40,308 bases of DNA from Pseudobacteriovorax sp. (GTDB taxonomy: Bacteria > Bdellovibrionota_B > Oligoflexia > Oligoflexales > Oligoflexaceae), in contig JBNKNM010000029.1 of the NCBI GenBank assembly GCA_050293845.1, positions 1 to 40,308 on the forward strand, written 5' to 3'. This document shows positions 8,580 through 17,499 of this stretch, one piece after another. The notes under the pieces were generated by a model. That model was not told where the DNA came from. It ran no database searches and saw only the letters and a program-made list of their open reading frames with translations. Within the stretch, counting starts at the first letter, position 1. Every line of letters begins with the position of its first letter. A program made the translations under genes and the position numbers.

Positions 8580-10346
8580 CTACATCCGTTCTGGTGGAGT
8601 GATTCCTAAAATATACAAGCCTTGCTTTAATATTTTCGCAAAACTAGAGAGTAACGCAAGCCTTGCCTCGGAAATCGCTTTGTCTTCCAGATTCAGGACT
8701 TTAACATTGGCCAACATACGCGAGTACACCTTACCCATGTCAAACAAATGGTGAGCTAGCACGCTATGGCGACTGGTTTCACAAGCATTTTTTACGGCAA
8801 CATTCAAATCGTTCATATAACGAATAAGCTCTCGCTCATCTTCATGGATAAAAAGACTGGTAGCATCAAAGTTGGGGAAATATCCTTGCTCTGCGCCCTT
8901 GGCTAGTATCGACTGCGTGCGAGCAAAAGCATACATGAGATATGGTCCCGTATTACCCTCAAAACTAAGCCAGTCCGGTAAGGAGAAAACCAAATCCTTT
9001 ACCGGGTCAGAGCAAACCATACCATATCTGATGGCTCCCACACATAAGAGGCGATTGACTGCAGCTAACTTTTCAGAACTCCATTCGCCTTGGTAACGTT
9101 CCAGCTTCCGGCCCATTTCAGCTTCGAGACTCTCTTTGAGCTGTCGGAAAATGATTTGATTGCCCTTCCGCGACGACATCTTACCATCAGGCAGAACCAC
9201 CATACCATAGCTGAGATGATAGCAATCCTTTGCCTGCTTAAATCCCATTTTATCAAGGGTCTTAAACACCTGCTTGAAATGTAGATTTTGCTCAGAACCG
9301 ACAACATAAATCGACTTTTCAATATTGAATTCAGCATACTTACGTCGAGCAAGGGCCAAATCTTTGGTAGCATATAGAGTATTGCCGTCACGCTTTCTCA
9401 GCAGTACAAAACCAAGCTTGTCATTTTTCAGATCGAGGCCAATGGCACCATCATCTTCTACGAAGACCCCTTTTGTCAGATACTCATCAACAATCTGTTG
9501 ACTCTCCTCTGAAACCTCCGATTCACAAAACCAATGGTCAAAGCGAGCATCCACCCATTCATAGATTTCCTTAAAATCGTCGATAGACCACTGACGACTT
9601 TCCTGCCAAAACGCATAAGCGTCACCTTGCTTCGACTCAATCTGTCGCAGTATCGCTGATACCTCATCTTGAAATTGCTGCTGTTCTTCCTTGGGAGCAT
9701 CTTCAAGCTCGATGCAAGCGCGTGCATACATCTCCCCCAGCCACTCCCCACGCCGGCTGTCGGGAGCCACTGCTTGCTGCCGTTTCATGTACCAGATACA
9801 CTTAGCGATATGGGTGCCCTCATCACCAATGTAGTTTGCCATCACCACAGGATAACCACAGTATTCATAAAGCCTGCCGAGGCTATCTCCGAGGGCCACG
9901 TTTCTCATATGGCCGACATGAAAAGCTTTATGGGTATTCGGTTGGGAATACTCGATCATAACCTTTTGGGGCGCTGAGCCCGCAATCATCTGGGCTCGCT
10001 TAAAGTAGTCGCCCGTTTCGATATCCTGCAGTAAAACTTGACTATACTTCGCCAAGTTCACATGGATATTTAAAAAGGCACCAGCCACATCAGCTTTGGC
10101 AACCCATTCCCCGCCTGATTCCTCAAGACCTTGACTCAACAGCAGCGCAATTTCAGGAGGTTTTTTACCAACTGTGCGGGCAAAGCGAAAACAGGGACAA
10201 GCATAATCTCCCATCTGGTGTTCAGGGGGCCTTTCTAAGGCCCGCATAAAGTCCTCAGGTGCGATGGCTGTTTCTAGCTTTGCCGATGCAGCTTCACTCA
10301 GAGCGGATGCTACTTGCCATTTGGTTAAATCGAGGTATTCCGTCAT
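8580..10346 (-). CDS. argS: Arginine--tRNA ligase
   Basis: EYSQPNTHKAFHVGHMRN (HIGH-like), GKMSSRKG, FEGNTGPYLMYA, C-terminal GITPPERM. Start placed at MTEYLD (ATG 10346). Confidence 0.96.
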   Translation of the reverse strand: MTEYLDLTKWQVASALSEAASAKLETAIAPEDFMRALERPPEHQMGDYACPCFRFARTVGKKPPEIALLLSQGLEESGGEWVAKADVAGAFLNIHVNLAKYSQVLLQDIETGDYFKRAQMIAGSAPQKVMIEYSQPNTHKAFHVGHMRNVALGDSLGRLYEYCGYPVVMANYIGDEGTHIAKCIWYMKRQQAVAPDSRRGEWLGEMYARACIELEDAPKEEQQQFQDEVSAILRQIESKQGDAYAFWQESRQWSIDDFKEIYEWVDARFDHWFCESEVSEESQQIVDEYLTKGVFVEDDGAIGLDLKNDKLGFVLLRKRDGNTLYATKDLALARRKYAEFNIEKSIYVVGSEQNLHFKQVFKTLDKMGFKQAKDCYHLSYGMVVLPDGKMSSRKGNQIIFRQLKESLEAEMGRKLERYQGEWSSEKLAAVNRLLCVGAIRYGMVCSDPVKDLVFSLPDWLSFEGNTGPYLMYAFARTQSILAKGAEQGYFPNFDATSLFIHEDERELIRYMNDLNVAVKNACETSRHSVLAHHLFDMGKVYSRMLANVKVLNLEDKAISEARLALLSSFAKILKQGLYILGITPPERM

Positions 10347-10415
10347 ATTGTCTCTCTTATTCGTAGGAAGCAAAAATATCAGATGTCCTTGGTTTTTAAT
10401 TCATGTCCTCTGCAC

Positions 10416-10438
10416 TAAACCTGGAATTCAGCCATATT
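10416..10438 (+). repeat. Degenerate copy of the CCTGGA repeat family upstream of comM
   Basis: TAAACCTGGA-ATTCAGCCATATT aligns with TAAGCCTGGA(TGTGAA)AATCAGCCGTACT at 12030-12058. Confidence 0.5.
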
Positions 10439-10476
10439 AGTGAACTTTAGCATAGAAAAAGCCTTTGGAGCTCCAT

Positions 10477-12012
10477 GTGAATACCGAAGTTCAGACAGTG
10501 GTCTTAAATGGCACACAATCCCGCATTTGTACCATTGAAAGTTGCCTCGCGCGAGGATTTTCTGGGTTGCAAGTTCTAGGTGTCAACAATGAAACCGCGC
10601 GCAATGGTAAAGAAAGGGTGGTAACAACCTTAGAGAATCAGAATTTTAAACTTTCCAATAAAAAAATTGTGATCAATTGCTCACCGGGAGATATCATCAA
10701 TACCCAGCCACATTTTGACCTAGTATTTGCTATCACCTTAATTCTCCTCCACGAAAAGACATCCCCCAAACCTGATATCACCCAGTATGTGTTTGGCGGA
10801 GAACTAGGACTAGATGGCAGAATCAAACCCATTTTAGGCAGTATTTCTATGGTACTGGAAGCTATAAACTGCGGACGCAAAGGAGTTGTTCTGCCCTCAG
10901 GAAATGCTCGTGAAATTGAATACCTAAGATCATTACCTGCTAGTCCACTGGGGAAAATTCAAATCATGTACTTTAGCCATCTCACCGAAATTTTCAGTTG
11001 GCTTCAAGGAAAACCACAGCTCCCTCCCCCACCTCTTCCCGCTCTCGCTCACCGCGATGGTCCCTGCGAAACCTTTGACGATATGTATCTTAGTCAGGAG
11101 CATTTTCATCTCGCCCTTATCTGCGCTGTGGGACGCCACAGCCTGCTCCTCCAAGGAACACCTGGTACAGGAAAGTCCATGTTTGCCAGTCGCCTACCCA
11201 GCATTTTACCCCGACCCACCCACCGTGATCACATATATACCCTCAAGCTCTATAGTTCCGTAGAGCTTGCTGTACCGACGAGTATTCTTCAGGGCACTCC
11301 TCCCTATCGCTCACCCCACCATTCCGCAAGCTCTGCCGCCATATTAGGGACTCCCGACCAACCGGGAGACCTGCCCCTCGCCAATGGAGGAATTCTTTTC
11401 CTTGATGAGTTGCCAGAGTTTCGAAGAGATCTGTTAGAAGCCCTAAGAGAGCCTTTAGAAACGGGTGAAGTTAAAGTCTCAAGAGCGCGGAAAAAAACTA
11501 CCTGGAAAGCCAAAACACTCCTGATTGCTGCTGCCAATCGATGTCCCTGCGGTTGGCTAGGAAGCAAACGACAGCTTTGCCGGTGCACAGCACAAGAAAT
11601 GGGGCGTTACCAACGTAAGCTCAGTGGCCCTCTTCTGGACCGCATAGACCTCCATTTTAACATGCCTGAATACGATGCTATGGAAAAGCTCTTCAGCCAA
11701 AATCAGCAGGACAACCAAAGCTGCCTGCTAGAAAAATCCCGCAAGGCTATGGAGTTTTCCATCGCCAGAAATAAACAATATGGTTTCACATTTAATACGG
11801 AAATTCCTACAAAGCACGCTCTTGAGATTTGTGGTATACAGGAACACTCCCCATCCCTAAAAAAACTGAGCCAACAGCTCCACACAGTAAGGAGTATTAT
11901 TAAGGTACTCAGGGTCGCCCGCACCATTGGCGATCTCAGGCTAGCTGATAGCATCCAGGATGAGGATATTGCAAAAGCTTTGTTGTTCCGTCCTGAAGAG
12001 CCTGTTTGCTGA
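10477..12012 (+). CDS. comM: YifB/ComM family Mg-chelatase-like AAA+ ATPase
   Basis: GELGLDG, Walker A GTPGTGKS, PYRSPHHSAS, GILFLDELPEF, CPCG..C.C zinc motif, SGPLLDRIDL, LRVARTIGDL. GTG 10477 with GGAG SD is the probable start. Confidence 0.93.
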   Translation: MNTEVQTVVLNGTQSRICTIESCLARGFSGLQVLGVNNETARNGKERVVTTLENQNFKLSNKKIVINCSPGDIINTQPHFDLVFAITLILLHEKTSPKPDITQYVFGGELGLDGRIKPILGSISMVLEAINCGRKGVVLPSGNAREIEYLRSLPASPLGKIQIMYFSHLTEIFSWLQGKPQLPPPPLPALAHRDGPCETFDDMYLSQEHFHLALICAVGRHSLLLQGTPGTGKSMFASRLPSILPRPTHRDHIYTLKLYSSVELAVPTSILQGTPPYRSPHHSASSAAILGTPDQPGDLPLANGGILFLDELPEFRRDLLEALREPLETGEVKVSRARKKTTWKAKTLLIAAANRCPCGWLGSKRQLCRCTAQEMGRYQRKLSGPLLDRIDLHFNMPEYDAMEKLFSQNQQDNQSCLLEKSRKAMEFSIARNKQYGFTFNTEIPTKHALEICGIQEHSPSLKKLSQQLHTVRSIIKVLRVARTIGDLRLADSIQDEDIAKALLFRPEEPVC

Positions 12013-12029
12013 TAACATAAAGTAAGTTT

Positions 12030-12079
12030 TAAGCCTGGATGTGAAAATCAGCCGTACTCAAACATAGGATCTGGGCTAG
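12030..12079. repeat. Short repeat/hairpin element sharing its end with the 22576-22765 MITE
   Basis: TA-AGCCTGGATGTGAAAA (15/16 identical to the MITE left end) ... ATCTGGGCT-AG; lies between convergent genes. Confidence 0.7.
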
Positions 12080-12090
12080 TCGTAGCCATT

Positions 12091-12576
12091 CTAACATTCG
12101 GGAAGGCGAAGAATATCCTGCCTACTGATATAATAACCATACAAGCGCCGGGCAAGTCGTTCTAGGTTTTGATTTTGTTTCTTTCCTAACCACAGGATTG
12201 AGATCTTAACATTTAGCAATTGTGCAGCCTCAGCAAGCTTGCTCTGACGAACTTCGTCTATGACACCTTCATCCTTCGTAGCTAATAAGATATGACTATG
12301 GGGAAGAACATATGGTAAAAACCGAAGCTCATTGGTATCCTGAATCAAAATGTCGATACTGGGAATATGGAGCAATTCCCGTAAAATTTCAGTGAACTTT
12401 AACCAGCGTCCATCGCCCAGGGGTAAGTAATGATCTAGCGGTGGAGCCTCCTGAAGTGATTCCACTATAATTGAGAAACCAGGGGGTACACATTTTGGGA
12501 ATGAACGCCCCAGGGATATATCTGAGAATGTTAGGGTTAAGGTCACTCCCAACATAAATGTCAGCAAGCTTCGCAA
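12091..12576 (-). CDS. Hypothetical, probably exported protein (small alpha/beta fold, possibly vWA-like fragment)
   Basis: ORF with hydrophobic N-terminus (LRSLLTFMLGVTLTLTFS); AGGAGA SD precedes TTG 12576; ILLATKDEG...VKISILWLG...LERLARRLYGYYI resembles a vWA C-terminal half (weak). Confidence 0.65.
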   Translation of the reverse strand: MRSLLTFMLGVTLTLTFSDISLGRSFPKCVPPGFSIIVESLQEAPPLDHYLPLGDGRWLKFTEILRELLHIPSIDILIQDTNELRFLPYVLPHSHILLATKDEGVIDEVRQSKLAEAAQLLNVKISILWLGKKQNQNLERLARRLYGYYISRQDILRLPEC

Positions 12577-12734
12577 TGGATCTCCTAGCCGGGATCTATA
12601 CAATTGAGTTCACATTTTTCTACAGCACCTTTATCCGCTCCAGAGCTAACCTCCGTTAATAAGGGCATTTTTTCCCAAGGAACCAAAAGTCAGGTGAAAA
12701 CAACAAATCTGGAACATAAGTGTAGGCCATAGAA

Positions 12735-12750
12735 TGCAAGCTTTTTGCCA
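12735..12750 (-). promoter_or_regulatory. Sigma54 (-24/-12) promoter
   Basis: Minus strand TGGCAAAAAGCTTGCA = TGGCA-N6-TTGCA with exact GG-N10-GC spacing, directed at the 12091-12576 gene. Confidence 0.7.
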
Positions 12751-12946
12751 TAAAAAAAACAGGCATTCTTCGTTATTTGCCTATTTGTTGACCGCAAAAA
12801 ATGTTGTAGTGTCAACTACGTGAACATTATTGAGAGCCATAGCGCCAGCAATCGTTATCATAGTTACTTTTTCTGGGACATATGTTTTTTGCAATGGCTT
12901 ATTTTTTGTGAGATTGGGCATTATAGCCAAAATGAGGACCCTTTTT

Positions 12947-14056
12947 GTGACACCCGATAACCTAGATAAACTACGTAAGCGCATCCGCGAAATTGATAGC
13001 AAAATCCTTGACCTTACCGCTGAAAGAATGAACATCTGCCGAGATATTGGAAGGCACAAAAGAGAACAAAAGCTTCCTGTCAAAGATTATATGGTTGAAA
13101 AGGTCATTCTTGAACGGGTACGAGAGCAAGCTGATACCCTTAATATCATACCGGAACTGGCTGAATCACTTATCAAGCAACTGATAAAATACTCTGTGAT
13201 AGAGCAGGAAGACATTAAGTCTAGCTCCATGAGCCTGTCGCAGAATTCTGCAAACAAGAATGTATTTATCGTTGGAGGGGCTGGCAATATGGGGCGATGG
13301 ATGACCCAATTCTTTGAGTCCCTTGGATATTCTGTACGTATTTTTGATGTGAAACCCTCAAACAATCTTGACTACGATAGAGAGCCCAACATGGAGCATG
13401 GCCTCCAGTGGGCTGATATTTTAGTGCTAGCTGTCCCCATGGAAAAGACCAATGACTTGCTTCTCGACATAGCGAAACAAGGGTATGATGGTGTCTTGAT
13501 TGAAATCACATCATTAAAATCTCCCGTGATGACTGGACTTGAAGCTTGCTGGCAAGCAGGCATACACGCTACTGCTATCCATCCTATGTTTGGCCCTGAT
13601 GTCAAAATACTTGCTGGGCACAATATTATCCTTTGTACCGATGAGCGCTGTCCTCTGGAAACTTTCCAGCAGGTGGAAAATATTTTTAAATTGACCTCGG
13701 CGAATATTATCCACCTCCCCCTACAGGACCACGACAAGTACATGAGCTATGTGTTGGGTTCGGCCCACCTAGTTAATTTGCTCTATGCTCAAGTATTAGA
13801 GCACAGCACTCTCCCTCTAGGCGAATTGGAAAACCTAGCCGGGACCACTTTCGCTAAGCAGATTGAAGTGACAAAAGATGTCGTCGCTGAAAATCAAAAC
13901 TTATATTTTGATATTCAATTTTTAAACCAAAGAACACAGGATTTGCTTGAGGTGCTGGAAAATGTATTACAAGGAATAAAGATGCAGATACTTAATCGGC
14001 AAAGGGGTCAATTTAAGGATGCTATGGAAAAAGCCAAAAATTATTTTTTAAGCTGA
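12947..14056 (+). CDS. tyrA: Bifunctional chorismate mutase / prephenate dehydrogenase (T-protein)
   Basis: N-terminal AroQ domain (LRKRIREIDSKILDL.AER..I...IGRHK); Rossmann IVGGAGNMG, HPMFGP, HDKYMSYV. GTG 12947 follows GAGGA (ATG 12932 is the alternative start). Confidence 0.9.
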   Translation: MTPDNLDKLRKRIREIDSKILDLTAERMNICRDIGRHKREQKLPVKDYMVEKVILERVREQADTLNIIPELAESLIKQLIKYSVIEQEDIKSSSMSLSQNSANKNVFIVGGAGNMGRWMTQFFESLGYSVRIFDVKPSNNLDYDREPNMEHGLQWADILVLAVPMEKTNDLLLDIAKQGYDGVLIEITSLKSPVMTGLEACWQAGIHATAIHPMFGPDVKILAGHNIILCTDERCPLETFQQVENIFKLTSANIIHLPLQDHDKYMSYVLGSAHLVNLLYAQVLEHSTLPLGELENLAGTTFAKQIEVTKDVVAENQNLYFDIQFLNQRTQDLLEVLENVLQGIKMQILNRQRGQFKDAMEKAKNYFLS

Positions 14057-15454
14057 TTTATTGCTTCCTTGGGATAACCGCGTTTCAAGAAAACGCTGCA
14101 CTTTATCCCAATACTTTGCTTTATTACCTAAAGCCCTGGTTGCAGTAAATTTTGCCTGCCAGGTATCTTGCTTGTGAGCAAGGATTTCTATATTGGTAAT
14201 GCTAGCTGTTGAGTCACCTTCCCACACCCCCTGTAGCAGTTCATGATTTAGGTGTACTTGACTACCTTTAACCACAGGAAATTTTAGTTGCAGGATACCA
14301 CCTGTTTCATCTAATCCTAACAACTTGGCTGAAGCCTGATAAGTCACGCTCAAGTTTGCAGTTTCGCCGTCAAAAGAATCTTTAGCTTTGCAGCCGGCAT
14401 CTATCATCTCTACCAAAACACCCAAACCAAAAGGCTTCTGGATATAGCGAATTTGAGATGTTGAACGGGCACCCAAAGCATTGGTCCCAGCTATGACTAT
14501 AGGTCTTTGGTTTTCGTTAAGTTTTGCTAGAGAATCCTTGAAACCTATTCCAGAAGCATCGTTACTTAATTCATCCAAATAAATACAATCGATGCTATCA
14601 CCTTCTCGTGCTAGAATTGCTGCTGCCATCTGAATGGAATTGGCCTGAATAAGATCCATGCCATAGCCACCCAGGACCTCTTGAAATTGACTAAACATTT
14701 TACTATTAGGGTGAAAAAATAATACTTTTTTCATGACTTGTGTTGTTTCTTGACTAACCATCTTGATTTCAGGTAAATCATTAATCCAAAGCCTACCTTT
14801 GCCCCTGATGCGACTGAGCGGAAAAATATTATAAATTTCTTTTCCTTTGACTACATTACTACCCATTTTAAGCAGCGCAGGACTCCGATGGCCGTCATCG
14901 GGAAGGCAAACTAGTGATGCGTTACCATCAACTTCAGCTTCACTGAGATAAACAACTTGGTCTCCCACCTTACCCAATACTGTTGCTTTAACCGAAAGGA
15001 TTAACTTATCTTCGATTCGATTATCTCTTGCTCTAACAAAATAAGGCGACAAATTACTATGAGCTGCCATGACTTCCTTCACTTTGCTAGCTATCATTTG
15101 TGCGTCTATTTTTCCCAGTAAGAAACCTGCAAATTTCCTCCCACGAAGCGGTGTCAATTGTTCCTTGGTTTTATTGGAAACTAAGACCAGCATGGGTGTG
15201 CCCTTAACGAGACGATGCTGCTGCAAGCGATCAAACAATGTTCCAGCTGTTCCGTCAGATAGTAAAGCATCGACGATGATTAAGTGAGGCAATTCCTGAT
15301 CGATAATCTTTAACGCACCGTATATAGATTGAGCTGAAAATACATTATAGTTCATACGTTTGAGAACTGTAGAAATCACGACAGATTTTTCTCTTTTTTC
15401 AGCGACAACCACAACTGTATGGGGGGTTAGTCCTGCAACCACATCCATGTGCAC
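14048..15454 (-). CDS. Atypical response regulator with two receiver-like domains
   Basis: N-terminal REC-like (PHLIIVDALLSDGTAG...TPMLVL) and a second degenerate REC (KVLFFH...IDCIYLDE...YIQKPF), each followed by a beta-rich segment. Confidence 0.7.
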   Translation of the reverse strand: MHMDVVAGLTPHTVVVVAEKREKSVVISTVLKRMNYNVFSAQSIYGALKIIDQELPHLIIVDALLSDGTAGTLFDRLQQHRLVKGTPMLVLVSNKTKEQLTPLRGRKFAGFLLGKIDAQMIASKVKEVMAAHSNLSPYFVRARDNRIEDKLILSVKATVLGKVGDQVVYLSEAEVDGNASLVCLPDDGHRSPALLKMGSNVVKGKEIYNIFPLSRIRGKGRLWINDLPEIKMVSQETTQVMKKVLFFHPNSKMFSQFQEVLGGYGMDLIQANSIQMAAAILAREGDSIDCIYLDELSNDASGIGFKDSLAKLNENQRPIVIAGTNALGARSTSQIRYIQKPFGLGVLVEMIDAGCKAKDSFDGETANLSVTYQASAKLLGLDETGGILQLKFPVVKGSQVHLNHELLQGVWEGDSTASITNIEILAHKQDTWQAKFTATRALGNKAKYWDKVQRFLETRLSQGSNKSA

Positions 15455-15456
15455 TC

Positions 15457-16710
15457 CTAGCTAGCTGCTTTGGCTATTTTCAATTGAGACCTAACGGCAA
15501 TTCTGATTTTATTCGCCTTTTCCAATACATCACCAAATTCTTTCTCACAACGATTTAAGTATTTTAAGGTCAACCGATATTCTTTTAAGCGATAACAGGC
15601 TAAAGCTGCATTGAGACTGATTTTGTATTTAAGCTCAGGTTTAACTATACGATGGGCTTTTTTATATAGAGCTAGTGCACTTTTCCCTTTCCCTTGTTGA
15701 GATAAGCGTATCCCCATCTCATTTAGCTTCGCCGCGAAAAAAGGTCCTACATCTTGTAATTGGTCCATTTGGATAAATGCTTCTTTTACCTTACCTTGTT
15801 TAAGCAAAAGTTGAACTTTTGTTTCAGCAATGCGGGGATGACTGGGATTGAGAGCCTCGGCCTCTAATAAGTATTTTTTTGCAGCAGTGGTATCCCCTTT
15901 TTCCATATATGCAGCTGCGAGATTTGCTTTTCTTTCCACACTTCTCTTATTGAGTTTTTCCAAGTCGTTAAAAATAGCTATCGCTTCATCAATGCGACCC
16001 ATAACCAAAAGATTTTCACCAATACCTGATATTGAAGGCCTAAATAAACTATTGAGATTTTTTGATTTTCGAAACGCATCCACAGCCTCACTAAATCGCC
16101 CTACAGCCTGTAAGGCAGTACCTTGAGAGTATGCTGCCAAAAAATCATAATCGACCATCTGAGATAGTTTTTTTTTAGATTCTAGAATCTTAACCTGATC
16201 ACCCGTAATCAAAGATCTACTAAGGTTGATCACATGACTCTCGGAACATTCTTGATCTGATAACAAAGCTTGCACTTCTTCACAAAATTTAAATGTATGT
16301 TCAACCCAGTTTTTTGACGTAAAAAAGTTTTCGATACCGTATTCATAGACTTGAGTCATAAAGAGCGGGGGAGGATCGTCACATACTATAGCTTGGAAAC
16401 TTGCAATAGCACCAACATTACGTTTATAAAGGTCCAAAATATTGAATACTTCCCGATTTACTCCAGCTGCAAAAATAATCATAGCTGCAACATTTCCTGT
16501 TTCAAGCATCGGGTAGACATCTTGTTTGTTAGCGTAACTAATAGGAATGGAAAATTCACAATTTTTCGTTTGATCCTGCCAATTATCAGCCAAACCATTT
16601 TCATCGATATCAACAAGGAGACAAACCTGTTTCATATCATTGGGATCTCTATGCGATTCAACCGGTTGAAGTAATATCGGAACTTCTTCATATATATTTA
16701 GAAACCCCAA
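15457..16710 (-). CDS. Tetratricopeptide-repeat protein with a possible degenerate N-terminal receiver domain
   Basis: Several TPRs (GTALQAVGRFSEAVDAF, GENLLVMGRIDEAIAIF, LAAAYMEKGD, LNEMGIRLSQQGK..ALALYKKA). Exact start uncertain (TTG). Confidence 0.8.
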   Translation of the reverse strand: MGFLNIYEEVPILLQPVESHRDPNDMKQVCLLVDIDENGLADNWQDQTKNCEFSIPISYANKQDVYPMLETGNVAAMIIFAAGVNREVFNILDLYKRNVGAIASFQAIVCDDPPPLFMTQVYEYGIENFFTSKNWVEHTFKFCEEVQALLSDQECSESHVINLSRSLITGDQVKILESKKKLSQMVDYDFLAAYSQGTALQAVGRFSEAVDAFRKSKNLNSLFRPSISGIGENLLVMGRIDEAIAIFNDLEKLNKRSVERKANLAAAYMEKGDTTAAKKYLLEAEALNPSHPRIAETKVQLLLKQGKVKEAFIQMDQLQDVGPFFAAKLNEMGIRLSQQGKGKSALALYKKAHRIVKPELKYKISLNAALACYRLKEYRLTLKYLNRCEKEFGDVLEKANKIRIAVRSQLKIAKAAS

Positions 16711-16806
16711 GCTTTATAAGCGATAAGTCGTATTGTTATTTTACCGGCTCAAGAATAAAATATCCAATATTTAGGATAAATTAAACTCACCGTAAAGCAT
16801 GCTAGC

Positions 16807-16833
16807 TAAACTGTTTGGCATCGATTCCGAGTA
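16807..16833 (+). promoter_or_regulatory. Candidate sigma28-type promoter for the single-domain response regulator
   Basis: TAAA-N15-TCCGAGTA. Confidence 0.35.
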
Positions 16834-16861
16834 AAGCCTAAGAAAGCGTCGGAGGGTAATT

Positions 16862-17233
16862 TTGACTAAAGTTCTTGTTGTGGAAGATAATGAGATGAAT
16901 AGAGATATGCTCAAGCGACGTTTAAATCGTCGAGGGTATGAAATCGTAGTAGCTGAACATGGTAAAGAAGCTATAACAATCGCCACAAAAGAACTCCCTG
17001 ATATTATTCTCATGGATATGCGAATGCCCATTATGGACGGTTGGACTGCTACTCAAAAAATAAAAGAGAATAAAGACATTAGTCATATTCCTATTATTGG
17101 GCTTAGTGCTAATGCTATGGAAGGCGATAGAGAAAAAGCTCTAGAGGCTGGCTGTAATGATTACAGCACAAAGCCGGTAAATTTCGAACACCTTATCAAC
17201 ACTATCACTCGATATTGTGGAAAAGTTGCCTAA
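16862..17233 (+). CDS. Single-domain response regulator (CheY/DivK-like)
   Basis: VLVVEDN, PDIILMDMRMPIMDG, IIGLSA, GCNDYSTKP: intact phosphorylation site; GGAGG SD before TTG. Confidence 0.95.
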   Translation: MTKVLVVEDNEMNRDMLKRRLNRRGYEIVVAEHGKEAITIATKELPDIILMDMRMPIMDGWTATQKIKENKDISHIPIIGLSANAMEGDREKALEAGCNDYSTKPVNFEHLINTITRYCGKVA

Positions 17234-17460
17234 CCCGCATTAGTCTTAAGTATTTCCATGACTTCCTGTCGTCTTTCTGAGAGAATCACAGCCATCCGTT
17301 CTAAAGAGTCATTGATCTTTTGTAGGCGAGTAACCATTTGTTCTGATGACAGAGAAGCTGGATCTTTGCTAAGCTTTCGTAAAGTTAATTTGATATTGCC
17401 CTGGGCAATGGCAAGGGGGTTAGCCAGATCGTGAATAAATTGTCGTTCCTTTGTTGTCAT
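17230..17460 (-). CDS. Stand-alone HisKA/DHp-like microprotein, 76 aa
   Basis: H-box FIHDLANPLAIAQG followed by a second helix (LQKINDSLERMAVIL); no ATPase domain; GGGG SD before ATG 17460. Confidence 0.75.
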   Translation of the reverse strand: MTTKERQFIHDLANPLAIAQGNIKLTLRKLSKDPASLSSEQMVTRLQKINDSLERMAVILSERRQEVMEILKTNAG

Positions 17461-17499
17461 AAATGGTTCCCCACAAGGTGTTTGTCTATACAAGCTGAA

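Noticed and set aside
7098..9977. Numerous 60-140 aa alternative-frame and antisense ORFs within nadE and argS (likewise within fba, comM, tyrA, leuS, mltG, der)
   Set aside because: Shadow ORFs fully overlapping well-supported genes, with no motifs or RBS.
10477..12012. comM interrupted by a genomic island
   Set aside because: The reading frame is continuous with all motifs from N- to C-terminus.
12781..12946. N-terminal extension of tyrA (TTG 12830) and antisense ORF 12781-13083
   Set aside because: Chorismate mutase homology starts near 12947, where a GAGGA SD lies; the extension crosses an intergenic promoter region.
16814..16831. TTTGGCAT as a sigma54 -24 box upstream of the response regulator
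   Set aside because: The -12 position reads GA rather than GC; the site fits a sigma28-like motif better.
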